A DNA stretch of 64,000 bases from Lytechinus pictus (Eukaryota), in assembly GCF_037042905.1 (NCBI RefSeq), contig NC_087251.1:46688001-46752000 (forward strand). The letters run 5' to 3'. The translations under genes and the position numbers were made by a program. The notes beneath the pieces are model-generated. The model worked only from the letters and a program-made list of their open reading frames with translations, made no database searches and was not told where the DNA came from. How positions within the stretch are numbered: the stretch's first letter is position 1; every line of letters begins with the position of its first letter. Shown piece by piece: positions 1 to 13,103 of the stretch.

Positions 1-546
1 AAAATATTGCAGAAAGGAAGGATTTTGAATATTGTTTAAATCTATATTCAGAGATTCAAAATTTTAAGCAAAATTGTAAAGACATCGTAAACTTAATTTG
101 AAGTATATGGGTTAGGCCTTTTTTTGTACAAAAGTTATCCCCTGCTTCCACAAAGATGCCATGATAAGACCCCCCCCCCCCCTCCCTTCACATTCACGCC
201 ATGCAGAGTATAAGATAAAAATTGTTGTGATTGGTATGTTATCAAATGTTATAACCCAAGTCATTGGAATCATACAATTTATAAATGGAGTCATACTATT
301 ATGATGCAGCGGATATAACGTTTGCAATAAAAGACAAACATAAGGATTTGTCATGGCCAAATTTAAGATTTTATTTATTTATTTATTTATTTCTGATATT
401 TTGACAGGGTAGCCCATTCACCAATAAGTAGTGGTCTTCCATGGGGCCCTGAATAACAATAAACATATTTACAAAATGCATAACGTATGTACAGAATGTT
501 ACGGCATTAAAATTCACATTAGGATTTGAATGTAAAACGAAACATT

Positions 547-1939
547 TATTTATTTATTTATTTATTTTGTTTTATTTATTTTATACTGCAGGGTAGGCCT
601 GTTCAGTTCTTAAAACTGCTTTACAAAGGCGCCCTGCAGTTTAAAATACATGTCAAGATAACTATGAACAACAACAACAACAACAAACAACATCAAAAAT
701 ACAAAATACAAAATATATAACATCAGAGTGGGAAGTGACATTTTAAACATACATAGCATTGTAAATCAATGTAATATCATTTCGCTATTTATCAATTCGT
801 ATGAAAGGCTTTGCATAATTGTTCAAAAACTAACAAGGAGGTACAAACTTGTAAATTTGAAGGAAGTGCATTAAATAATTTGGGTCAGACATATGCGAAA
901 GATTTTCTTTTGTGTTCAATTCTAGCTTTGGGAAGCTGAAGGGGGCATCGTAAAGAAAACCGCGTCCTGTATTTCACGGGCCGTTTACATACTAAAGGTT
1001 TTAAATAATTTGGAACTAAATCATTCATTATTTTATATACAAGAACACAATACTGATTTTTTTATACGCTGATCTACTGATAGCCACTTCAGTGACTGCA
1101 ACAAAGAAATTTGTGATGTATTATAATCTTTTTTTCAAAAGCATTCTGGCATATTTATTTTGAAGTTTTTGTATCTTATCTAAATGTATTTTTGCACTGC
1201 TTCCCCAAGATGTAATACAGTAATCAATGTAAAGTAAAATCATAGAAAAGTACAGCTTCTTCATGATATCAAAGGACAGTAAGTGCTTAATCCGCCTTAC
1301 ACAACCTATTGCCCGAGATATTTTACAAACGATATTATGTTCGCACCAAGTCAAGCCCGGATCGAGCATGACACCTAAGTATTCAATCTTTTTTTACATT
1401 TTCTAATTGTATGTTCCTGAATTTCACTGACAAATGAGCACCCCTCAACTTTTTCTTTTGACCAAATACCATGGCTTTTGTTTTTTGCGGGTGTAAATGC
1501 ATATTATTTAAGTCTAGCCATTATTGAATCAAAATCATCTTGCAAATACTTTTGTACCTCCTTAATTGATTCACCGTGATTAAAAAAATGGCGGTATCAT
1601 CAGCATAAAGAGACATTTTAGAATGTACATGCAATTTCAAATTACACATGTCATTAATAAAAATACAAAATATCAATGGACCCAGTATAGATCCTTGTGG
1701 GACACCTGATTTTATCTTCAAAAATTCACTGCGACAACTGTTAATCATTACAAATTGCCTTCTGTCTGTTAAATACGATTCCATCCAGTTGTATTCATTG
1801 CCAGTAATACCATAGTACTTAAGTTTTGCAAGTATAAAATTGTGAGGAATAACATCAAAAGCTTTGCGTAAGTCCAAGAAAATACCACCAGTAACATGTT
1901 TTCGGTCCATTTTATCATACAAAAAGTCTGTAATCTCAT
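547..1939 (-). mobile_element. 5'-truncated CR1/L2-group LINE with degenerate reverse transcriptase
   Basis: IFLDLRKAFD, GVPQGSILGP and YADD motifs with frameshifts; (TAAA)n tail; probable TSD AAACATT at 540-546 and 1940-1946. Confidence 0.9.
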
Positions 1940-2407
1940 AAACATTAACAAACTTAGCAGCAAACAAAACGCAGACGGACACTCGTTTGACGTATAATCA
2001 AATATCAATAAATGAAATTAACTAAGAACGACTCTTGAAAATACTGATGATATACACCAAATCATCAAGGTCATGCTAACACAAAATACGCACAACAGTG
2101 GATGTTCCGCAAGTTATTTATAAATTACAAGTTCTTTTAAACATTCTCTTAAATGAAATGACAGAAGGAGCTGTTCTAATTGAATTATCAAGCTTATTCC
2201 ATTCAAATATTGAAGAAACAATTGGACTACACTTATAACAATCAGTGCGAAACTTGGGCACGCGTAAATATCCACTGTCTCTCTGTCTGGTATGATGTTC
2301 ATGTACATCATTTGGATTGGTTAAGTTTACCTGAAGGTAAGAAGGTGCTAAATTATGAACACATTTATATATCATCAAAACGCGACTGAGCTCAAATCGT
2401 TTGTCTA

Positions 2408-4229
2408 CAGTGCGTCCCAAAAAAAACTATACACTTTTGAAATGGCTGCCAAATAAAAAATATAGCATTTTGGGGAAAAAATTTACATATATGGAAAGCC
2501 AATAAAGTTAACTTTCAAATGACCCCAAAAAGTTGGAAAACTGTTCATGCTTGAGCGAGCACTGCCCACTGAAACAAAGGGTATGAAAATTAGGGTGGGC
2601 TGGAATTAGCCTTCCAATTTATGTCAGTTTTTAAGAGGCAAATCCTTTCGAACTTGCAAAGTTAAGGGCGTTGTTATAAATTAATGATCAACCGTGACCA
2701 GTTTTGGTTGCTTATGCAAATTCTATAACTTATTAAATTGAACTTTAATGCATGAGTGAACACAAATTACACTTTTGGGGCAGCATTTCAACTTTATCAT
2801 TTGGATCTCTTTTTGGGCAGCATTTCAACTTTATCATGTGGATCTCAGAATTGTGTTCATGGGAGTCGGGAGAATAGGGGGTGAGATAGGACTTAAGTGG
2901 GAGAAGTAGGTTGATGGAATAAGGGTCAACAGAACATTCAGCCCCCGCCCCCTCCATCTTTCCCGCCCTCCCCTCCTGTTGAGAGACTGATGGCTATTAT
3001 CATGTACGCGTGAAGTCCAGAGCGGAATGTTGATTTAATGATTAATTCTGAATTGGGGCATCAACTTTTTCCTATCAATCATTTCATCAACAATTTATCA
3101 GTAAATCAACTCATTCAATGTGCAATGTGATCAATCAAACATTCAGTTTTTTTTTTCAATAAATTATTTCATTAATCATCATAATCATTAAATTTCTTGG
3201 TAATAATTCAATAAAAAGGTGACCATCAGACACCGGTCACTTGGCACCTAAGTTTTGAATAGGCTACAATCCAGGAAGTGAGACAGAGAGGGGGGGGGGG
3301 GCTGGGAAATGGAGGTAGAGAGGGGAGGGTACATAATTATGACTTTTAATTTGTAAAAGGACAAAAAGAAGAGGAATGCCCTTTTAACCAAGTCTTAGCA
3401 TATCTCGCCCTCTTGCTTGTAACAGGTACCATCACATTACTCTGACTCTCACGAACACACTTCTGAGGTCCACAAGATGAATATGCTATACACTAAAATT
3501 TCAATTCATGTTCACTCATGCATTAAATTTCAATTTAGTAACTCATGAAATTTGCCTAAGAAACCAAAACTTATCTCACTCATTAATTTAGCTTAGCAAG
3601 TTCCAAAGGACCTAACGGCTAACCAATTAAAAAAAAACTGTAAGGCTAATTCCTGCCCAGCCTAGCCGAGCTTAGTGTCTGAGGAGGAAAGAAGCGGGGG
3701 GGGGGGTTGAGATGGAGGGAGGGGTTGCTAAATGTTCTGTTGACCTTTATCCCATCAACGTACTTCACCTACCTAAGTCATATTACCCCCTCTTCTCCTG
3801 ACTTCTGTTCATAAACACATTGTTGAGATCCACATGATAAAGACAAAATGCTGCACTAAAAATTGCAATTCACGATCACTCATGCATTAAATTTCAATGT
3901 AATAAATTCAATTTAATAACGCATTAAATTTTCACAAACAACAAACTATCACAACTGATCTTTAATTCACCAAATAACCCTCAACTTTGCAAGTACCAAA
4001 CAAAAAACCTGAAAGAAATTGGAAGGCTAATTCCGGCCCACCCTAATTTTCATACCCTTTGTTTCAGTTGGCAGTGCTCGCTCAAGCATGAATAGTTTTC
4101 CAACTTTTTGGTGTCACTTGAGAGTTGACTTTATCGGCTTCCCATATCTATGAGTTATTTCCCCCAAAGTGCTATATTTTTTATTTGGCAGCCATTTCAA
4201 AAGTGTATAGTTTTTTTTGGGACGCACTG
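2408..4229. mobile_element. Non-autonomous Tc1/mariner-type foldback element
   Basis: TA TSD; TIR CAGTGCGTCCCAAAAAAAACTATACAC; about 210 bp of close inverted repeat, degenerating out to about 550 bp; internal duplicate of an arm at about 3300-3660. Confidence 0.9.
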
Positions 4230-6052
4230 TAGTGTCATCCATTTAAGACTTGCGAACAAATCAGCCGACGGTGTGTTGTATATCTTGTTCAATATTATTC
4301 TTGCAGCCCTCTTCTGAATTTTTTGCAGCTTAAGATTGAGTGTGGGAGCGGAGAGAATTTATAAATTTTGCGTTTTAAGAATGTACAAATTTATAAATTT
4401 TGCGTTTTAAGAATGTAAAATTGGGCAAATCGAACAATTTTAGTGCAACAAAGGATGAATCCACGAGTTGATAGTAATTAATCAGATGATTTTCTTAATT
4501 TCTTGAAAAGTTAGGGGAGATGATTGTACATGCCATCCGCTATAGCTCTCCGGATCTGCATGGGGGGGGGGGGTATATCCGCAATCCCTGGATTTACGCC
4601 CGTGGAAAGAGGAGTTTCTTTATATAGCATTATGGTTGTGAGGGGTATATAGGCCTTATGTGGGAAAAGAGGGAGGGAGGGAGACGTACAGATGTCAGCC
4701 TGTCATCATATAAACTGAGCCCCCCTCGGTGGATATCGTCTAGAAACAACCCTTTCATACTTCATAATAGAGCGCCTCTTCCGCCATCGCTCCCATCCTC
4801 TGGATTATGATAAATAATTTCCAACCCATATTAAACTGCACTCCATCAATTTGAATTTTGTATAAATCGTTGATTAATGTTAGTGTGATTAGCGTGTACA
4901 TGAATTCGACCGTATATTGTGGTAGATGTGCAAGCAACAATTTGTCAAAAGTTCTCCTTCGAAAAAATCCATAAGCTGCCCCATTAAACCTCGTGTCCCC
5001 GAAAAGATGGATCGATCGGGTATATACGTGAAAAGATATTCCTCCAAATATAATAGACTTTCGTCTTATAATATAGGGATTGATCCGCAGGGGTTAGGTA
5101 TCACCGACTCCCTGTGATTTTTCTAAAGGTGAAAACTTTTAATAATGGAAAGGAGAGAAAAAATGTGGGGAATATGGAGATGTTACCCGAGAAAAGTATT
5201 ATTTCAATAAGAAAACACATTTATGTCGCCTCAGCAAGCATTCCTCCGAATGGAGGATTCGTGAAAGGTATTGTATGATGCATATCTCTAATTGCTTGCA
5301 AGTCAGAGAAAATTAAAATTTATATCATGAAATACAGTTTAACATGCAAATCAGTCTACTCTCTTTCAAATTATGCAGAGCTTCCAGCTATTAAGAAAAG
5401 TCATAATCATGATTTTCATGTCAAATTATGCCATTATGTTTTTACCTTAATTATTACGCTTTTGATGGCAAATATAAATATGTTAACATTTATTGCTAAT
5501 GATGCTCATTATTCGCATCATTAGATCTTTTGTTTATTTCGCTCTGAATGTTACCATCACATGCTTAATTAAATAATCTTTTTTGCGAGCTACGCGCTCG
5601 CAAAATTTGATTTGTCAGGTACTTATTATTTTTGTGTATTCCATAAACTTCTCAAATTATCCCTATTCAGGTCTGATTGTCAAAACGTATATTAGCTAGC
5701 GCTGCACGCTCGCATTTTGATTGATGAGTTATGTATATCCCAATATTAATTTTATAAGAACAATGTCGTCTCGCGATTTGCGCTCGCATTGATTGTTAAA
5801 AATATATTAACTCATGCATCCTATTCATAATGACAAAAGTGCTTGAAATTTCCAGTTTTCAGGCCATAATATTAAGAGATTTTGCGCTCTTATTAGGCTC
5901 ATTAGATTAATGAATAAGATATTAATTTAATAATTTAATTGTTTCTTTTTTAAGAATATAGTATCGACAAGTTTCATCTCGCGCTTAGAAATAGGAAAAG
6001 GAAGATATTCATTATTTTGATATGATGACATAATGTCCCTAGAATGTCCCGA

Positions 6053-7930
6053 TCGCGAAATTATTTTTCCCACCGAGTTCTGGACCGACATATGAATATT
6101 CATGACTTGCGTCTTCGGATTGAGAGTACGCATGCGCGTGGACTTTGCCTCGACCAGTACCAGTGCCGAGCATTCACGATGCTCAGAATGAATTAGCATC
6201 GTCAAATTACCGGTACCCTTACATAGTTACATAGGCCTTATAGGCTTAGATCTATATATACATCAAATTCTTAAACACTTATCAAACTAGCTGCCATTAA
6301 TGGCAAGACATGTGCTAGGATAGGGCTAGCTTAGGCTAGCGCATTAACTTTACCTCAAATCTGGACCTATATAATGCCTAATAGGCTAGGAATAGCCGAC
6401 TAATGCCATGGTTGACTTCGAACTTGTTAATTCCGAACTTTACGTTTGATTAGGTTTGGACCAATATTAGCTTATTTACCATGGTTTAATATGTCTAGTC
6501 CGTATACAGAACCAGTCCTAGATCTAAAAAAAATATCTTAGTTCTAGTCTAGTCTCTAGATCTAGACTCTGATCTACGCGCTATCAGCATGGAACCACTA
6601 GTGTACCAAAGGGGGGTGGGGGGCAGACTGCCCCCTGACGAGTCACAACTGATCCAGGGGACGTGCCCCCCCCCTTGAGAAGCCAAATTAATAATTTGTA
6701 ATGTCAAAATGCAACGAAAAAAGACGTATGTCCCCTCTTTTGAACGTGAAGATTTTTTTTTCTTGTCAAATTTTTTTCAGCTACGAAATCCTTAATTTTG
6801 GGTGAAGACCCATTTTTCCCCCTTTGTTTTGTCAATCTGACCCAAAACAAATATAAAATTTAGAAGAGAGATAGAGAGAAGAAGAAGTCCCACCACCAAG
6901 AATAAACTTAGACATGGGGGGAAAGGGAAAGGAAAAGATGGAGTAAATGTGATATTATTTGTTAAACAATCTATTGCAAAATTAGCTTTTCTTATAGAAA
7001 GAGGGGGACACATTTTGTTCACTCGCTCGCTTCAATCGCTTTCTTCTTTTTTTTGACAGAAATTTTGCTCTATATATGCATGCCATGCTTGGCCCCTCAA
7101 ATTTTCTGGCTCATCATGCCATTGACATAACCCATTTGGATATGACAAAATTGGAGACTGTGTTCAAGTTTACCAAATCTTTTCAGAATATCATTAAGAC
7201 TTAAAACATTCTTGTTGGCCAAAGAAAATAATACAAGGAAAATCCTAATGGAATAGAAATCAACCTTGTTATCGTTCTTTAGAGTTAGCTATGTTTAAAG
7301 TATGAAAATTGTTGTCAAAATTGCAGTCAGATGTAAAAAATATCCTTGTCATCAAAGCACTATTATCTTGACCATGACCATTATTATTTACTGTCATTAT
7401 CATCATATGATTACAACACATTACCAATACATAATGCTATTTTTCATAACTGATGTATTCTTTGTTTGAATTTCTTGATAATGGTGACAATTACAATTGA
7501 TGACACTGCTAGTACACTTACTACTGCTGCTGCTACTGTTGGTGATTGGTAGTATTGACCATTAGTGTTATTACATATATATAAAAAACAATTGAAACAT
7601 TTATAATTACTTATTTAAAACAAATGAAAGTACAAAATACAAAATGCCTTGAAAAAGCCTTGAAAATGCCTTGAAAATGCCTTAAAATTTCAAGGCTCAA
7701 AATCCTCAAGGCCAAGGCCCTCTCAAGGCCAAGGCTTTGAAAAAGTAGCTAGGCATTAAGGCGCCTTAAGGCCAAGGCCGAGCATCAAGGCACTACAACA
7801 CTGATTAGTACTAGGCATTACTTAGACAGGTCCAGATTTGAGGTAAAGTTAATGCGCTAGCCTAAGCTAGCCCTACCCTAGCACATGTCTTGCCATTAAT
7901 GGCAGCTAGTTTATTAAGTGTTTAAGAATT

Positions 7931-7971
<41 letters not shown>

Positions 7972-8172
7972 TCTAAGCCTATAAGACCTATGTAACTATG
8001 TAAGGGTACCGGTAATTTGACGATGCTAATTCATTCTGAGCAACGTACGTGAATGCTTACGATCGGCACTGGTCGAGGCCAAGTCCACGCGCATGCGTAC
8101 GCTCAATCCGAAGACGCAAGTCATGAATATTCATATGTTGGTCCAGAACTCGGTGGGAAAAATAATTTCGCG
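6053..8172. repeat. About 330-bp inverted repeat pair (6053-6380 / 7811-8172), foldback element or inverted duplication
   Basis: Arms are near-perfect reverse complements; (AT)n is expanded only in the right arm. Confidence 0.85.
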
Positions 8173-9419
8173 TCCCGCGATCCTATGTAAAAACTCTAAA
8201 TAATATAATGAAAATGTCAGCTCTTTAAGTGCGATCCATATCCACCCGTTTTCCTACAAAGTGCTTGAAATATAGAGCTTAAATTGACATTTTTTCCGAT
8301 TGGAATATGAAATATTTTAAGCTCGCGCTTCGCGCTCGCTTTATTGATTTTCATGAAAAAAAAATGTACTAAGTATTCAGAATGCCCAGATTATAGGTCT
8401 AAATCTGAAATACGTGCGCCTCATGTTTAATCAGATACGCAGCTTTTTCTCTATTTAAATCATTGTCCAGTTCCAGATCAGAATATCCAATTCTTGCGCT
8501 CGCATTATTTGATTGTTAAAATATGTAACGCCTTCATGGCTACTGCAAGCAGTCCTTAATAGGTACCTTTTCGATCAGTTCAAAGCGTTTATTTAAAATC
8601 TATTTAGTTGCATACACATCTTGTTCAGGATCACAAACTTTGCCCAGAATGTTCCAATTTTAGGACAAAAAAAATAGCTCGCGCTTCGCGCTTTAAATAA
8701 ATATGAGATTATTATATATTATGTTGAATTAAAGCTAAAAAGTGACTTTTAGAACTACCCCTTAAAAAATCATCTTCGAGCGGCCGATCGGGGAAAATAT
8801 GGCTGAAAAAAAATTCCGCCCCCCCCCCCCTATTGGCGAAGGCTGGATCCGCCCCTGAGTGATAATAATAATAATGATGATGATGATGATAGCTGGATAT
8901 ACAGTGCTTTTTACCTGATGATTATAATCGCTCCTATTATTACCCCGGATTTAGCTCGAGCTACCAACGACCCATAGCGCATTCAAAGAAATAATCCTGC
9001 CATACCTATATATTAAGTGAGTACAACCAGGGTACTTATATTCCGTCTAATACCATTTCAGTCCGATGCCAAACAAAGCATATTAAAATTCATTTTTGCA
9101 GGCCCATTCAAGAATAAAATAATATTAGGTTCAAAGTCGTCATAAGAAAGTTATTGTGACGTTGTTCCTCGCACATGCGCATAATGCGATCAGTCTTCTC
9201 GTTGCGCCTGTGCCAAACATCGACCATGGGAACGGTTCTGTTTGTTCACTTACCGCATCACCGTTCGTGTATAATAATGATTGCGGATTATTAATTTTAA
9301 TTAGAAAATATATGCCAATGCCTAAAGATGAAAACAAAATTTCTGAAGGAGACACAAATCAATGCATATCACTTTACTGCTATTGAATGTCTTCAATGAG
9401 AACATTCTTATTTCTGAAG

Positions 9420-11099
9420 ATGGATAATCAGCATTTCTCCGATGAGAAAAGGTTTCGTCAACCTCTTGGTGGACGCAACAGTGTGTGTATATTAGACGAT
9501 ATAGACAGTGTGCTTGATGACAGGATATTTAGAATCCTCCGAAGGTAGATCATATTGGTATTTTTTTCACATTATTTGTGACAGAATGTTTAGTCCCGTA
9601 TTATAGGCCTATACTGTTTGATGTTGGCTAGTGGTCGGACGAAAAGAACTAGATTGTACAGTATATCTAAAATGATAAAACTATTGAAGGCAGTATTCAT
9701 GTAACACGTTATGTCAACTTTAAAGCAAAATCTTATTACGTAATAACATATTAAATGATTCTTGTTTAACCGCAGGGCGCCTTTGTAAAGCATTTTTGTT
9801 TACTGAATAGGTCAAGTTAACCCTGCAGTATAAAACAAATAAAACAAAAAATATATATATTCCATTCAACACGTTTCATTTTCAAGATGCTTTAATAAAT
9901 CAAATTCTATCCTGCGTAATGCACACAGGGCTATCAAAAGATGGGAAAGACGTTCTAATTTAGAGTCTTCGAACCATAACCATGTTTGGCAAACGGGTAC
10001 CAGTCAAGATGAAAAACAAATTGAACACAAGCGAAAAATGCAAGAACTCGACGACGCTATTCAGCGATTGCGTAAAGACCTTAACCTGAAGCAAACAGTA
10101 CGAAATGAAAACGAGCAATCTGTCAAAGAAGATGATCATGATGACAGTGCATTAACCATCGATGAAAGTCCGGAAAGGTCTGGAAAGGTCGCCAACGATG
10201 AGAAGGATCAAGACGACCTGGCTGAGAGAAGCGCTCAGCTTCCGTTCGATGACCAGAAATCTTCGAAACAATTATTGGAAACACGTCTCCGTCAGAGTGA
10301 ACTACAGCAAACAGCGCATGTCAAAGTATCTCGAAAACCACCGATTGCATCCAAAAACACGTCACCATGGGTGTCAAGTGCATCATCCTGCGCACATGCT
10401 ACCAATTTCATGGCAAAGTTCCATGCCACAGAAGAGCAGATCGCGAGTATCTCGGACCAAAGGATGATGAATTCCGATGACGCGCCAACGTCCATTTTAT
10501 CGGCGTCGCATGATCATGCAGAGCTTCGTGATAGCATGACGAACGTTCGCAAGACAAATACAGGAGCAGTTCAGCATTCGGCGATCACCCAGGATACTAG
10601 CCCTCCGGAAGGTCAATTACGATACCTCCAGAGGCATGTAAGAGATGAAGTTTTTAACGACTGGAGTAAAAATGTTAGGTTTTCGGGTATCCCTACAAGA
10701 AAGGTGGACCATAAAATAACGTCGTCCTTTCCACCGAAAGGGTGTACATCGGCTGACCGACACCGTACGTACTTGCCGAACTGGAAACTTGACTTTGATA
10801 TCAAGGAAACAACGCCCGATGAAAGCTCGCACGATGTTGAAGACAGAGTGGAGGATTTCTTTTCACAAGAGAACCCCATCTCATCGGTCGTTGGGGTTGG
10901 TTTATCTTCTCCATTGGGTGCGTCTGAACATGCTGCAGCAGGAAAGTCATCAAAACGACAATGGGATATGAATGAGTCAATCAATAGGCCTATGTTTAAC
11001 ATCAATCAGATTAGGTACGATGCTATCAAGGTCATAGCAGAAATACAAATGAATGATTTAAAAGAAAGCTTCTCAGACTGGCAGAAGAAATTTTGGTAG
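9420..11099 (+). CDS. Uncharacterised two-exon gene, about 445 aa (exons 9420-9544 and 9887-11099)
   Basis: MDNQHFSDEKRF...IFRILR|RCFNKSNSILRNAHRAIKRWE joins in frame (phase 2) to the 353-aa ORF at 10038-11099; no domain recognised. Confidence 0.65.
9770..9850 (+). mobile_element. 3' tail fragment of the same LINE family as 547-1939, inside the intron of the orphan gene
   Basis: GCAGGGCGCCTTTGTAAAGCA...CCCTGCAGTATAAAACAAAT is the reverse complement of about 575-640. Confidence 0.7.
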
Positions 11100-12359
11100 A
11101 ATCCCTTGCAACGAAAAATGGAAGCCATGTAGAAATTGCCGTGTGGAGACTTTGAATTCCTCTCTTTCATCAAACGGCATTCTTTTGAAGTTTTCAAGTT
11201 GAAATAAGTTATTTTACCCGTTCCTTTGGGTCATGAATATTCCAGAATATCGATGCGACTTTTAATGATCCCTATGTTTCGAGAGTGATTCATACTTTTC
11301 TTGATTAAAGCAGCTTCTTATTTGTTCGTTTCATTGTGGCAGTCTATTTTCTTTGGCATCCTATCTTGTTGTTATAATCTACATATGGAGAAGAGAGCGG
11401 CTGTGGTGTTAATCTGGTTCGAGCAGTGGGAATGGAGGGTAAAAGCAATAAATTGAGCTGAAAATTCCAAATTTTGGGACCCCCCTCATTGACAAGATAA
11501 ATGCATGCGGGTCTATATAACCGTGTTCATCACTCTGAAAGGCCCATCAATATTTTTTTTAGATGGCTATTGTTATGTGTTTTGGTTATACTACATTATT
11601 GTAATGTGCACCCTTAATTAAGGCAGAGGAGTTCCGACACTGGCTTTTAACAGCTGATTTTCCAAACTTAAGTTCCACCTCCCCGAGATGTGCACACCCC
11701 CATCCCAATACCACTTTAGTTCCACTTCCCCCAGGATGTGCACCTCCCCATGCTCAAACCAGCCTATTACTTTATACAGCCATTCCATTGTGACTCACGT
11801 GACATTCACACAAAATTTCAACTTCTTAAGATTAATTACTTAAAAATCGCATACTGCAGACTTGTTTTTCCTTGATGATACACATTGTCCATCAAGAATT
11901 TCGTATTCACAGTCGTTTTTTAAAGAGATATTTCAAATTGTTTGTTGTGACTCGCGTGACGCGACACTATTGAAGATTCCTCACCTTATTTTGTCTGTAA
12001 TTTCCTAAGAAGATACTGACCAAATTTTGATAAAATTTTCTGGAGAGTATTTTGAAACGTCTGGAAATATTATATTAAAAATACAATGACGCCTGACTTA
12101 TAGTTTTGAGTCGATCGCCATTTGATAATGTGACTAGCGTGACACAGGAGTGACTCGCATGACAAGTATTATTTTGGACTACAAAATTGAACAAATTATT
12201 ATGATTTTATACAGTAAAATGTGCCAAATTTGGTTCGAACAGAACATTTATGGTCATTTGCATCCCCTTTATCTTTAAAACAAAGGAATTTTGATACATC
12301 TACTCATAAGAAAGTTTACATATGGGACTACATATTTTAATCCCATATCCCAATATGAA

Positions 12360-12921
12360 AATATTTATATCTTAATACATAGAGTAGAATTCGCTGAGCA
12401 AAATGCTGAAAATCTCATCAAAATTGGATAACAATTAATAAAGTTATTGAAGTTTAAAGTTTAGCAATATTTTGTGAAAACAGTGGTCATGAATATTCAT
12501 TAGGTGGGCTGATGATGTAACATCCCCACTTTCCATTTTCTTATGTTATTACATAAAATCATATTTTTTTCATTATTTCATACTTGTGTGAATAATATGT
12601 CTCCCTGTAATGAAATAAGTTGCAGCAATAAATATCTAATGCACTAAATCAGTTGTCAATCCAATTTTTCTAGTTCTTGGAAGAACAAATTTGAATAAAC
12701 CTAATTTCATATAATAAAATACAAAAGAACAAGTGGGGATGTGATATCATCAGCCCACCTAATGAATATTCATGACGACTGTTTTTACAAAATATTGCTA
12801 AACTTTAAAATTCAATAACTTTGTTATTTGTTATCCGATTTTGATGAAATTTTCGGCATTTTGCTCAATGAATTCTACTTTATTTATTAAGCTATAAATA
12901 CTTTCAGCCCGGACCATCCCT
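12360..12921. mobile_element. Palindromic Kolobok-type MITE (left terminus eroded)
   Basis: Long inverted arms containing ATGAATATTCATTAGGTGGGCTGATGAT; right end CCCT followed by TTAA. Confidence 0.75.
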
Positions 12922-13103
12922 TTAAACATTCGAGGTTATTGAAAACTCATATACTCGGCGGTTAGGGGTGAGATGAGAATGAAGAAAAATTATGGATGAT
13001 GATTATCGGGAATAAGGACCCCTCATTCAATGATTATATGCCATCACATACCACAATATACTTCCAAAAACGTGAAAATAGCACAATGATGTAAATGAAG
13101 AGG

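Larger units (their letters stand above)
371..4329 (-). mobile_element. 5'-truncated CR1/L2-group LINE (host of two nested insertions)
   Basis: TSD TTAAGATT at 363-370 and 4330-4337; (TAAA)n tail with a stem-loop near 371-450; ORF2 C-terminus KLQKIQKRAARIIL...LKWMTLDKRFELSRVLMIYKCVHNLAPSYL is restored after removing 2408-4231. Confidence 0.85.
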
